Below, piece after piece: positions 48,213 through 57,598 of a stretch of DNA of 64,000 nt. The position numbers were made by a program, and so were the translations under genes. This stretch comes from an uncultured Roseburia sp. GTDB lineage: Bacteria; Bacillota; Clostridia; Lachnospirales; Lachnospiraceae. Under the pieces are notes generated by a model. That model ran no database searches and was not told where the DNA came from. It was given only the letters and a program-made list of their open reading frames with translations. The first letter of the stretch is position 1. The number at the start of each line of letters is the position of its first letter. The stretch is from NCBI GenBank assembly GCA_964573715.1, contig CAZNKR010000001.1, positions 30,599-94,598 on the forward strand, in the 5' to 3' direction.

Positions 48213-49141
48213 TTAAAATCGCTACTAGAGAAAGCTATGGAAATGCACTAGTTGAAATTGGTGCAGCTCATGAAGATTTAGTTGTATTAGATGCCGATTT
48301 AGCTGCTGCTACTAAAACTTCTATTTTTCAAAAAGCATATCCAGATAGACACATTGACTGTGGTATAGCAGAGTGCAATATGATTGGTATTGCCGCTGGA
48401 CTAGCTGCAACTGGCAAAGTTCCTTTTGCAAGTTCCTTTGCAATGTTTGCTGCCGGAAGAGCTTTTGAACAAATCCGTAATTCTGTTGGATATCCAAAGC
48501 TTAATGTTAAAATTGGTGCTACTCATGCTGGTATCTCAGTTGGAGAAGATGGCGCTACTCACCAGTGTAATGAAGACATCGCACTTATGAGAACAATTCC
48601 TGGCATGGTGGTTATTAATCCATGTGATGATGTAGAAGCAAAAGCTGCTGTTAAAGCTGCATACGAATATGTTGGCCCAGTATACTTAAGATTTGGTCGT
48701 CTTGCTACACCAGTTATAAATGACAATGAAAGCTATGAATTTAAAATAGGCAAAGGAGTTACCCTTCGCGAAGGAAAAGATGTTACAATTATAGCAACAG
48801 GACTTTGTGTTTACGAAAGCTTACTTGCCGCTGATTTACTTAAAGAAAAAGGGATTGATGCAGAAGTTATCAATATCCACACAATCAAACCATTAGATGA
48901 AGAACTAGTTATTGCTTCAGCTAAAAAGACCAAAAAGGTAGTAACAGTTGAAGAGCATTCCGTTATTGGTGGTTTAGGAAGTGCCGTTTGTGACTGCCTA
49001 TCTCAAAATGCACCTACGCAGGTACTTAAAATTGGTGTAAATGATGTTTACGGAGAATCAGGACCAGCCGTTAAGCTTTTAGAAAAATATGGTCTTACAC
49101 ATACTTCTATATGCGAAAAGGTATATGAATTCGTAAAATAG
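48200..49141 (+). CDS. tktB: transketolase, C-terminal (pyrimidine-binding) subunit
   Basis: 313 aa with a 13-nt overlap with the N-subunit. Motifs FIDCGIAECNM-like (HIDCGIAECNM) and VTVEEHSVIGGLG. Confidence 0.93.
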   Translation: MSELVKIATRESYGNALVEIGAAHEDLVVLDADLAAATKTSIFQKAYPDRHIDCGIAECNMIGIAAGLAATGKVPFASSFAMFAAGRAFEQIRNSVGYPKLNVKIGATHAGISVGEDGATHQCNEDIALMRTIPGMVVINPCDDVEAKAAVKAAYEYVGPVYLRFGRLATPVINDNESYEFKIGKGVTLREGKDVTIIATGLCVYESLLAADLLKEKGIDAEVINIHTIKPLDEELVIASAKKTKKVVTVEEHSVIGGLGSAVCDCLSQNAPTQVLKIGVNDVYGESGPAVKLLEKYGLTHTSICEKVYEFVK

Positions 49142-49224
49142 AACATCTTTAAAAACAATTGTAGAAATCTAATTATTATTATTTTTCATTAAGCTAGAAA
49201 CGTGTGCCGCCAGGCGCACTTAAT

Positions 49225-49264
49225 AAAAAAGTTGAGAATCATTATATGGTTCTCAACTTTTTTA
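49225..49264. terminator. bidirectional rho-independent terminator
   Basis: AAAAAA-GTTGAGAA-loop-TTCTCAAC-TTTTTT between convergent genes. A GC-rich hairpin (49202..49219) precedes it. Confidence 0.8.
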
Positions 49265-49295
49265 TATAATACTTTATCATTACAATACTTTTTTA

Positions 49296-49595
49296 TTAAA
49301 ATACATCTTTATTATTATTTTTCTCATTCAGTCTGTATCCACGAGTTGAAATAGCCGCAAATCCTACTACCAAGCTGGCCATAACTAACATACCAAAAAA
49401 CATAGTTAAAATCAGCTTGCCATCAGATATGGTTTCTTCTTCCTCTTCTGCGGTTGTTTCCTCTATAGTTGTTTCTTCAACTGTTATTTCATTTGCAGCT
49501 GCATCATCATTTGATGCATACACAATACTATTGCTTTTTAAAATAATGAAAGCTGCAAAAATAACTGTTATCATTTTGATAAAATTGCGTTTCAT
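49296..49595 (-). CDS. small secreted/anchored acidic protein (hypothetical)
   Basis: 99 aa. Signal peptide ending VYA-S, an acidic EETTIEETTAEEEEE linker, and a C-terminal TM segment with a basic tail. Confidence 0.5.
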   Translation of the reverse strand: MKRNFIKMITVIFAAFIILKSNSIVYASNDDAAANEITVEETTIEETTAEEEEETISDGKLILTMFFGMLVMASLVVGFAAISTRGYRLNEKNNNKDVF

Positions 49596-49612
49596 ATTTC
49601 CTCCAGTTGTGG

Positions 49613-50149
49613 CTACATCTCAATACCTATACGAGCAGCTACTCCTTTATCATAAGGATGCCTTTCCTTTGTCATATGAGTAATATAGTCAGCATGTGTG
49701 ATAAAAAACTCATCTGGCTCATGTCCTGTGAGTACCAGCTCCATAGACTCTGGTTTTGATAAAACAAGGTTCCTTACTAGTTCTTTATCTATAGTATCCA
49801 AATTGTAAGCTGGGAATAATTCATCTATAACTAGCATATCAATATCACCTGTATTTACCAGTTGGATTACTTCTTTTAGGTTGTGATTTTGCATATCCTT
49901 AAGCTTCTTTTTTTCATCATCAGATAATTTAAAAACGAAATCAAAATCTATAGTATTTCTAACCATTATCAATCCATCAAGCTTACTTAATATATGGATT
50001 TCACCTGATTCATTTCCCTTTAAAAACTGCAAAAAGACAACTTTTTTACCTCTACCTAAGGCCCTGACTGCAAGGCCTGTGGCTGCAGAAGTTTTACCTT
50101 TACCTTCACCTTTGTATATGTGAATAAGTCCAGGGTTTTTATTCTTCAT
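49613..50149 (-). CDS. cobO: cob(I)yrinic acid a,c-diamide adenosyltransferase (CobO/BtuR type)
   Basis: GLIHIYKGEGKGKTSAATGLAVRALGRGKKVVFLQFLKG and LVIDEL match the CobA/CobO family. The ATG at 50149 is preferred over the TTG at 50158. Confidence 0.85.
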   Translation of the reverse strand: MKNKNPGLIHIYKGEGKGKTSAATGLAVRALGRGKKVVFLQFLKGNESGEIHILSKLDGLIMVRNTIDFDFVFKLSDDEKKKLKDMQNHNLKEVIQLVNTGDIDMLVIDELFPAYNLDTIDKELVRNLVLSKPESMELVLTGHEPDEFFITHADYITHMTKERHPYDKGVAARIGIEM

Positions 50150-50453
50150 CTTCTCCAACTACCTCATCAAACTCCTGAGTATCTAACCATTCATCAAAAG
50201 CATCAGCAACAGCTTCATACTCATCATCAGATTCAATGTTTGTAAGTAATGGATTACCAGCTTCATCTTCAGCGTATTCATATATAAATACTTCACCTTC
50301 GTCAGCTTCTTCACCTTCTTTTGGAAGTAAGGCAATATATTCTTTTTCATTTGCTTCAAATATTGTAACTACAATACATTCTACCTCTGTACCATCATCC
50401 AATTCTAATGTTACATACATTTCGTCATCTAATTCTTCGTTGTTGTTTCCCAT
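50139..50453 (-). CDS. DUF1292 family protein (second copy in window)
   Basis: 104 aa, very acidic, with the VTLELDDGTEVECIVVTIFEANEKEYIALLP core typical of DUF1292. Confidence 0.8.
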   Translation of the reverse strand: MGNNNEELDDEMYVTLELDDGTEVECIVVTIFEANEKEYIALLPKEGEEADEGEVFIYEYAEDEAGNPLLTNIESDDEYEAVADAFDEWLDTQEFDEVVGEDEE

Positions 50454-50492
50454 TTTATACCTCTTTCATTTTAATATTGATACCTTATGGTA

Positions 50493-51632
50493 TCAGAAAA
50501 TTATATAAATTACAACTAATATAGTCATAAATAATATATTAAGAATTGTAAATTCTAATAAATAATTAAGCTTTTTTGAATTCTGTTCATTAGCATAAAA
50601 CTTATATGAAATAAGTGATGCCATTGATGCAATAAGTGTACCAAGCCCACCTATATTTACACCTATAAGCAATGGAATATTGTTCTTTGTAAATCCAGAC
50701 AAAAGCATAGTAGCTGGAACATTACTAACTATTTGACTTAAAGTTAAACCAAAAGCAAATTCATTTCCATTCACAAGGAGTATTAATGTCTCCTTTATAC
50801 TTTCTATTTGTCCTAAATTTCCAATAAAAATAAAGAAAAATACAAAGGTCATCAATAATGAATAATCCACCTTAAACAACAATCTATAATTTATAATAAC
50901 TACAAGTAAGACTACTATGGGTGTTATTATCCTATAATCAAATTTGAACACAACAACCAAAAGTGCTAAAGCAAATAAAGCCAAAAAATAAAAAACTTTT
51001 AAGCCATATCTAGGAGTATCTACAATTATGTTTGGTATAGATTCTATCTTAGATTTTCCATCTTTATCAAAAATTATTAGTGCAATAATTAAAATCAAAG
51101 CACTAGTAGCATAAGGAAGCATTATTATAAAAAAGCTTTTTATGTCCATATTGTAATTTGAGTATATAAATAGGTTTTGCGGATTACCTATAGGTGTTAG
51201 CATACTTCCTAAGTTTGCCGCAATAGTTTCCATTACAATAACTCTAATCATCTTCTTTTTCATCTTGCAGCAAGACAAAACATTGATAGTAAATGGAACA
51301 AAGGTTATTAATGCCACGTCATTAGTAATAAACATGCTTGAAAAAAAGCAAAGTAAAACCAGTACAATATACAGCTGCCTAAAGTTTAAAACCTTTGAAA
51401 TAAGTTTTTTTGCTATTCTATCTAAAAATCCAATATTATTTAGTGCACAAACCACCAACATTAACATGAATAATACACATAAAACTCTAAAATCAATATA
51501 ATTAATATATTCTTTATTTGGAAATACAAATAGCATACTTATTATTGCAAGAAAAAACGAAATCACCAAAACTGTCTCTTTTTTTAGAAATCCAATAATT
51601 ATGTCCCAAAATCTACTTATTTTTGTGTTCAT
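50493..51632 (-). CDS. ArsB/NhaD-superfamily (citrate transporter-like) anion permease
   Basis: 379 aa with 10 or more TM helices. The internal repeat with NDVALITFVP-type and GNPQNLFI motifs is characteristic of this superfamily. Confidence 0.65.
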   Translation of the reverse strand: MNTKISRFWDIIIGFLKKETVLVISFFLAIISMLFVFPNKEYINYIDFRVLCVLFMLMLVVCALNNIGFLDRIAKKLISKVLNFRQLYIVLVLLCFFSSMFITNDVALITFVPFTINVLSCCKMKKKMIRVIVMETIAANLGSMLTPIGNPQNLFIYSNYNMDIKSFFIIMLPYATSALILIIALIIFDKDGKSKIESIPNIIVDTPRYGLKVFYFLALFALALLVVVFKFDYRIITPIVVLLVVIINYRLLFKVDYSLLMTFVFFFIFIGNLGQIESIKETLILLVNGNEFAFGLTLSQIVSNVPATMLLSGFTKNNIPLLIGVNIGGLGTLIASMASLISYKFYANEQNSKKLNYLLEFTILNILFMTILVVIYIIF

Positions 51633-53469
51633 CTATATTTTCTTCTCCTAGTATATCTTTTATAAATCTTGATTGCTTTGTTTTTTTACCATATCGTTCA
51701 CTTGTATATGTAATATACAGTCTCTTTTTAGCTCTTGTCATTGCCACATAAAAGAGTCTTCTTTCCTCTTCAATATCACCATCTAAAACAGCTTTTTTAT
51801 GGGGAGTTATACCCTCATTTGCTCCTAAAATAATAACATTGTTATATTCTAAACCTTTTGAGCTATGCATTGTTTCTAATTCTATGGCATTAGTTATCTC
51901 ATTTCTTATATTTACCTGATGCTTAAGCTCTTTAGTATATTCCTTAATGTGTAAAAACCATTCATCGTAGGTTTTATAGCCTCTTGCGCCCTCTTCTAAT
52001 TCATCTAACACTTCAATTAGTTCTTCTATATTAATTCTTCTATATTCTGCGTATTCTTTTACATATTCATCATAGCCTATGCCTCTTCTAATATAGCAGA
52101 TTGCCGCGTAAGGGGTCATCTTTTCAAGCATCATAATGTCATATTCTAGTCTGTCAATTCTTTCCACCACGTAATCTTTATCCTCGTAATATTCTTTGAT
52201 ATCTTCTAAATTTACCAAAGGCGTATTAAATGCATCTCTTGAAATGTACCTTTTGGGTTTATTAATTATACTAAGGTATTCTTTTCTAGAATCATTACCC
52301 ATAGCTATTTTTATATATGAAATAATGTTTTTAGCAAGAAAATGTTCATAAATATTAGGAATGGAATCCTTTATTCTAAATGGAATATTGTATTCTATTA
52401 GTTTTTCAACTAGGATTCTAGGATTAGTATTGGTTCTATACAAAACGGCTGTATCCTTATATTCCTCACCATTTTTAATAGAATCGCTTATTATTTTAAT
52501 TATTCTTTTACTTTCTTCAAGCTGATTTTCAAACTCCATAATAGATAGCCCATCACCTTCTTCGTGACAATGCTTGATTTTTTTTATAAATCGAACCTTA
52601 TTATGATTAATCAAAGCAATGGAATTTTTAACTATAGCCCCCGTAGACCGATAATTTACATCTAGAAGGATTTCTAGGGTTTTGGGGTAGTCCTTCTTGA
52701 AATTCAGCATAATTTCTGGCTTTGCCCCTCTAAATCTATATATAGACTGATCATCATCACCTACAATAAACAAATTGTTTTCAGGCAATGCTAAAAGCTT
52801 AATTATTTCATATTGAACCTTAGAAATATCCTGAAATTCGTCAATTAAAATAAATTTATATTTATCCTGCCAAAGCTTTAATATATCAGTTCTCTTGGTT
52901 AATAATTCATAGCACATAACTAACATATCATCAAAATCTATAAGATTTGAACGTATGAGTCTATCATTATACATGGAATATATTTTTTTGAAATAGCTTT
53001 CAGAACAGTTCTTTGAATAGTAATGGTCCACATCCATCATGTCACCCTTTACCAAACTGATTTCACTAATGATATCAGAAATAAAATCTTTTTCATCACT
53101 AATATCCATTTTTAAATAGGAAATAATTTCACGAAGTATATCGTATTTCATATCTTCTCTTAAGATATTAGTGGCACTGTAATTATAAGCATATTTTAAA
53201 ATCTTAAAATATACAGCATGAAAAGTGCCAAAGGTTACTGATGATTTTTTACCACCCATTAAAGAATAAAAACGCTCCTGCATTTGTTGTGCAGCAGCCT
53301 TTGTAAATGTAATAACTAAAATATTGGTTGGATTTACCCCATACTCCTCAATTAACTTTTTGGTTCTGTGTGTAATAACTGTGGTTTTTCCACTTCCAGG
53401 CCCTGCTAATACAAGCATAGGGCCTAAAAAGTGATCCACAGCACTAACCTGTGATTGATTAAATGCCAT
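51613..53469 (-). CDS. UvrD/PcrA-family SF1 DNA helicase (short form)
   Basis: 618 aa with Walker A AGPGSGKTT, motif II IDEFQD, YRS, and C-terminal TMHSSKGLEYNNV and VAMTRAK. Confidence 0.88.
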   Translation of the reverse strand: MAFNQSQVSAVDHFLGPMLVLAGPGSGKTTVITHRTKKLIEEYGVNPTNILVITFTKAAAQQMQERFYSLMGGKKSSVTFGTFHAVYFKILKYAYNYSATNILREDMKYDILREIISYLKMDISDEKDFISDIISEISLVKGDMMDVDHYYSKNCSESYFKKIYSMYNDRLIRSNLIDFDDMLVMCYELLTKRTDILKLWQDKYKFILIDEFQDISKVQYEIIKLLALPENNLFIVGDDDQSIYRFRGAKPEIMLNFKKDYPKTLEILLDVNYRSTGAIVKNSIALINHNKVRFIKKIKHCHEEGDGLSIMEFENQLEESKRIIKIISDSIKNGEEYKDTAVLYRTNTNPRILVEKLIEYNIPFRIKDSIPNIYEHFLAKNIISYIKIAMGNDSRKEYLSIINKPKRYISRDAFNTPLVNLEDIKEYYEDKDYVVERIDRLEYDIMMLEKMTPYAAICYIRRGIGYDEYVKEYAEYRRINIEELIEVLDELEEGARGYKTYDEWFLHIKEYTKELKHQVNIRNEITNAIELETMHSSKGLEYNNVIILGANEGITPHKKAVLDGDIEEERRLFYVAMTRAKKRLYITYTSERYGKKTKQSRFIKDILGEENIDEHKNK

Positions 53470-53475
53470 AACTTA

Positions 53476-54936
53476 TTATAAACTCTGCTCCAATTTGGTG
53501 ATAGCTGCTTTTATTCTGTTTATTGATTCTTCTTTTCCAAGAATCTCCATAATCTCAGTTGCTCCACCTGGTGTCATCTGTTTTCCTGAAACTGCTGTAC
53601 GAACTGGCCACATAGCATATCCATTCTTACAACCTTTATCTTCAACATATTTTACTAATGTAGCATAAATGCTATCATTAGAATAATCTTCTAATTCTTC
53701 AAATACTGGTAAAAGCTCCTTAAGAACTAATAATGAACTATGGACATCAGTTTTCATCTTCTTGTGAGTATACATCATAACATCATACTCAGGTACTTCT
53801 TCGAAGAAATCTATATGTTCCTTTACATCAGGGAATACTTCGATTCTAGTTTTTGCAAGTGCTGCAATTTTTCTTAAATCATAATCCTTTGTAATAACTT
53901 CTTTGATGTATGGAAGAACCTTGTCAAAGTACTCATCAAAATCCATAGCTTTTATATATTCACCGTTCATCCATCTTAGCTTAACCATATCAAATACTGC
54001 TGGAGACTTACTTACATGGTGATAATCAAACTTCTTTATAAGCTCATCTAATGTAAATATCTCTTGATTATCCTCTGGGCTCCATCCTAAAAGAGCTATA
54101 AAGTTAACAATGGCCTCTGAAACAAAGCCCTGCTCAAGTAAATCTTCATATGAGGAATGTCCACATCTTTTACTAAGCTTCTTGTGAGTTTCATCAGTAA
54201 TAAGTGGTAAATGTACATACTTTGGTGATTCCCATCCAAATGCCTCATAAAGTCTTTGATACTTTGGTGAAGATGAAATATATTCATTGCCTCTTACAAC
54301 ATGTGTAATTTCCATAAGGTGATCATCTACAACATTTGCAAAATTGTATGTTGGAAATCCATCAGATTTAATAAGAATCATATCGTCTAACTCAGAGTTA
54401 TCTACTGTAATTTCTCCATAAATATCATCTACGAAGGTAGTAGTTCCCTCTGTTGGATTGTTCTGTCTAATAACATATGGAATATTATCATTAAAATTAT
54501 TTTCCATTTCTTCCTTTGAAAGGTGAAGACAATGCTTGTCATATACGATTATCTCCTTACCAGCTATCTCTTGTTTTAAGCTTTCAAGTCTTTCCTTGTT
54601 ACAAAAACAATAGTATGCTTCGCCCTTTTCTACAAGCTGCTTGGCATAATCTAAATACATACCAGATCTTGTTCTTTCGCTTTGAACATAAGGACCATAT
54701 CCTTTATCCTTATCTGGACCTTCATCATGAATAAGCCCTGTGCTTTCTAGAGTTCTATATATGATCTCTGTAGCACCTTCCACAAATCTTTCTTGATCTG
54801 TATCTTCTATTCTTAAAATAAAATCGCCGCCTTCGTGCTTAGCGATTAAAAATTCATATAAAGCTGTTCTTAAATTACCAACGTGCATTCTTCCTGTTGG
54901 ACTTGGAGCATAACGTGTTCTAATCTTTTTAGTCAT
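53476..54936 (-). CDS. gltX: glutamyl-tRNA synthetase
   Basis: 486 aa with [19 protein letters not shown] (HIGH-type) and KLSKR. Confidence 0.96.
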   Translation of the reverse strand: MTKKIRTRYAPSPTGRMHVGNLRTALYEFLIAKHEGGDFILRIEDTDQERFVEGATEIIYRTLESTGLIHDEGPDKDKGYGPYVQSERTRSGMYLDYAKQLVEKGEAYYCFCNKERLESLKQEIAGKEIIVYDKHCLHLSKEEMENNFNDNIPYVIRQNNPTEGTTTFVDDIYGEITVDNSELDDMILIKSDGFPTYNFANVVDDHLMEITHVVRGNEYISSSPKYQRLYEAFGWESPKYVHLPLITDETHKKLSKRCGHSSYEDLLEQGFVSEAIVNFIALLGWSPEDNQEIFTLDELIKKFDYHHVSKSPAVFDMVKLRWMNGEYIKAMDFDEYFDKVLPYIKEVITKDYDLRKIAALAKTRIEVFPDVKEHIDFFEEVPEYDVMMYTHKKMKTDVHSSLLVLKELLPVFEELEDYSNDSIYATLVKYVEDKGCKNGYAMWPVRTAVSGKQMTPGGATEIMEILGKEESINRIKAAITKLEQSL

Positions 54937-55078
54937 GATTTTTCTTCCTTTATTTCAATTTAGCAGACAAACTGCACATTTCATTATAATACATTTCTAA
55001 AAAAATAGCCATAGCGTATTTACACTCTTTTTCACACTCTTTTTTGCATATTTTTTTGGGATTTATTAATTGAAATGA

Positions 55079-55630
55079 CTATTGGTCTAGTGGGCCAATA
55101 GTCGCTTTTAGCTCTATGAATTCAAGATATCTTCCTAGATATATTTTATGGGCAACAGCAAAGGCAAAGGACCTAACTATCTTTGCTTCTGTAGAATTTG
55201 TCTTTCCGCTATCAACAAATGATTTACCCTCACCAAAAACTTCATTAAGTATATTTTCAAATTCTGTACAGAAATAATCATAAGCCACAGGAAGAGTAAA
55301 GGCTTCTTGTTGAATAGAAATAAACTCTTTTATATTTGAAAGAGGAAGTACCATCTTGCTTATACAAATAAACACCAAATAAACAATATGATCTCGTCCA
55401 TACCTCTTGTTTTCTGGTTTTGAAATAATGCCTAATTTATAATAATTGCTAATCATAGCAATGGATATCCACTTTTCTTTTTCATTATCTCCTAATATTG
55501 GCGAGAGTATTGTTTCTAACACCTTAATCACCTGATCTAGATATAATCCTATATCTGTTATCTCAGAATATCTAGGAAATTTAAATTTTTTAACATCTTG
55601 ATAAATTGTTGATTCTTCAAATTTATTCAT
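55079..55630 (-). CDS. DUF1836 family protein
   Basis: The ATG at 55630 has a GAGGTGA RBS. It is divergent from a degV gene, an arrangement I recall as common for this family. The helical N-terminus is possibly DNA-binding. Confidence 0.6.
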   Translation of the reverse strand: MNKFEESTIYQDVKKFKFPRYSEITDIGLYLDQVIKVLETILSPILGDNEKEKWISIAMISNYYKLGIISKPENKRYGRDHIVYLVFICISKMVLPLSNIKEFISIQQEAFTLPVAYDYFCTEFENILNEVFGEGKSFVDSGKTNSTEAKIVRSFAFAVAHKIYLGRYLEFIELKATIGPLDQ

Positions 55631-55670
55631 TGGTTTCACCTCTGTAAAATTATAACACAAAAATAAAAAG

Positions 55671-55722
55671 TTGACAAGATATGAGTTATCTGTTAATGTA
55701 GTTTCGATAACTATGTTAACAG
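55671..55722 (+). promoter_or_regulatory. degV promoter candidate with overlapping near-palindromic operator
   Basis: TTGACA (55671) - 17 nt - TAATGT. An inverted repeat CTGTTAATGTAGTT-TCGAT-AACTATGTTAACAG (55690..55722, 12 of 14 arm positions pair) covers the -10 and the start region. Confidence 0.5.
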
Positions 55723-55749
55723 AGGTTTAAAATCTAGGAGGATTTATAT

Positions 55750-56592
55750 ATGAGTTTTCTAATAGTCGCAGATTCAGGTGCAAACCTTACTAATAATACA
55801 TACGATAATTGTACTTTTGCATCAGTACCGCTAAAAATAATGGTTGGAGAGAAAGAATTTACAGATACGCCTGATATAGATGTTTCTACTCTTATGAAAG
55901 AAATGACTGCTTATGAGGGTAAGACCGGCAGTGCATGTCCTTCACCATATGACTTTAAAAAAACTTTTGAAGGCTTTGATAATATTATTGTATTTACGAT
56001 TACAAGTGCTCTTTCTGGCAGCTACAGCAGTGCATGTCTCGCAAAAGAAATGGAGCTTGAAGAACATCCCACAAAAAACATACACATTTTTGATACCCTA
56101 TCAGCAGGTCCAAAGATAACCTTACTTGCTAATTATGCTAAGAAGCTAATTGATGAAGGTCAATCATATTCAAGTATTATTGAAGCTTTGTCAAAAGATA
56201 TTTATACAAAATTTAATCTTTTGTGTATATTAGATAGCTTAGATAATTTCGTTAAAAATGGTCGAATCAGTAAGCTTGCTGCCGCAACAGTAGGTGTTTT
56301 AGGTATTAGAATAGTTTGCAAGGCCAGCAAAGAAGGAACTATAGAAGTTAATCATAAGGCTAGAAATTTTAAAATTGCTCTTAAAAAATTAATCAAGGAC
56401 ATGACTGACTCTGATTTTAATGGTGGCAATGTTATTATTTCTCATACCTTTAATGAAAATGGTGCCAAGGAAGTAAAGGCCGCAATCTTAGAGTCTTTTC
56501 CATGTTGCAATATTGAAATTATGGAAAACTATGGTCTTTGTAGCTATTATTCTGAATATGGTGGTTTGCTAATAGGTTTTTCCTCACTATAA
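55750..56592 (+). CDS. degV: DegV family fatty-acid-binding protein
   Basis: 280 aa with IVADSGANL, TGSACPSP, TITSALSGSY and CSYYSEYGGLLIGF. Confidence 0.9.
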   Translation: MSFLIVADSGANLTNNTYDNCTFASVPLKIMVGEKEFTDTPDIDVSTLMKEMTAYEGKTGSACPSPYDFKKTFEGFDNIIVFTITSALSGSYSSACLAKEMELEEHPTKNIHIFDTLSAGPKITLLANYAKKLIDEGQSYSSIIEALSKDIYTKFNLLCILDSLDNFVKNGRISKLAAATVGVLGIRIVCKASKEGTIEVNHKARNFKIALKKLIKDMTDSDFNGGNVIISHTFNENGAKEVKAAILESFPCCNIEIMENYGLCSYYSEYGGLLIGFSSL

Positions 56593-57206
56593 AAAGCATG
56601 CTTCTAAATACTCAAGCGCCAGTAAAGCACAGGTTGTTCCATCACCAACCGCTGTGGTTAACTGGCGTATTTTTTTGCTTCTACAATCTCCCGCTACAAA
56701 TAATCCTTCTACATTTTTATTGGTTTGGTTTTTTTGTAAATATATTCCCGATAATATATTATTGCCCTCTAATGCTTTTGGTATATAGCCCAAAAGCATT
56801 TCAATATTTTCTGTTTTCTTTAACTGCTTAAGTAATCCATTTTCTGCTCTAAATTTGTCTCTTCGATGCACCAAATAAACTTTTTTACAAATTGTTGACA
56901 AATACAAGGCATCTGAAATAGCTGTATTTCCCCCTCCAACCACACATACCTCTTTATCCTTATAAAATCCACCATCGCATATGGCACAATGGGATATTCC
57001 ATGTCCAATTAACGCATTTTCTAAAGGTAATACAAGTTTTCTTTTGTTTAATCCCGTTGCAATAATAACAACTTTTGACTCATATTCCTTCCCATTAGCA
57101 AAAAACCTAAAGTAATTAGACTTAGTTATGCTAGTTACTTTTTCATAGCATATTTTGCAGCCGTAAGCCCAGCAGGTCCTCCCCCTACTATGATTAAATC
57201 ATACAT
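56587..57206 (-). pseudogene. trxB: thioredoxin-disulfide reductase relic (frameshift plus at least two internal deletions)
   Basis: The ATG overlaps the trxA stop (TAATG) and encodes MYDLIIVGGGPAGLTAAKYAMKK then a stop. Another frame continues EKVTSITKSNYFRFFANGKEYESKVVIIATG...HGISHCAICDGGFYKDKEVCVVGGGNTA...LFVAGDCRSKKIRQLTTAVGDGT. About 60-70 aa after the FAD GxGxxG motif and about 40 aa before the GD motif are absent. The total is about 205 codons against about 300 expected. Confidence 0.8.
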
Positions 57207-57520
57207 TATTTTTCTCCCATGAACTCCATTATTTTTCCCTTTGGAATAACTCCAACTGATTTATTTTCTACCTTGCCATTTCTCATTAAAACCAATGTAG
57301 GAATTGTCATAACATCAAACTGAACTGCCAGCTGTGGCTGTTCATCTACATTTACCTTGCAAACTTTAACATTTGTAACTTCATTTGAAATATCTTCTAT
57401 TATTGGGCCAAGCATTTGGCATGGTCCACACCATGATGCCCAAAAATCAATGAGTACAGGTTTTGTTTCATTTATTACCTCATCTTTAAAATTCTCAAAG
57501 GTTACTTCTACTGCTGCCAT
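57206..57520 (-). CDS. trxA: thioredoxin
   Basis: The ATG at 57520 has an AGGAGA RBS. The 104-aa product has active site WCGPC. Confidence 0.95.
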   Translation of the reverse strand: MAAVEVTFENFKDEVINETKPVLIDFWASWCGPCQMLGPIIEDISNEVTNVKVCKVNVDEQPQLAVQFDVMTIPTLVLMRNGKVENKSVGVIPKGKIMEFMGEK

Positions 57521-57598
57521 ATATATCTCCTTTTTTGTAAATCTCACAATATACATTAGTATGTTTTCACAAATACAATATTTTATTCATCTTAATTA

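Noticed and set aside
49202-49219. A GC-rich hairpin (GTGTGCCGCCAGGCGCAC) that stands out in AT-rich DNA, considered as a possible small RNA or REP-like element
   Set aside because: It is a single copy in this window, only 18 nt long, and sits just before a canonical bidirectional terminator. It is most simply part of the tkt 3' UTR or an auxiliary terminator stem.
51613-53469. The UvrD-like helicase as part of a defence system
   Set aside because: Its neighbours are gltX and a permease. No nuclease, methylase, ATPase partner or other defence hallmark is adjacent, so it looks like a housekeeping PcrA/UvrD paralogue.
54937-55078. A T-box leader upstream of gltX
   Set aside because: There is no GGUGGUACC-type T-box sequence and no terminator hairpin, and the region is too short (about 140 nt).
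56820-57008. A 62-aa minus-strand ORF and a 77-aa plus-strand ORF within the trxB region
   Set aside because: They are out-of-frame relative to the recognisable TrxB-derived translation and are artefacts of the decayed gene.
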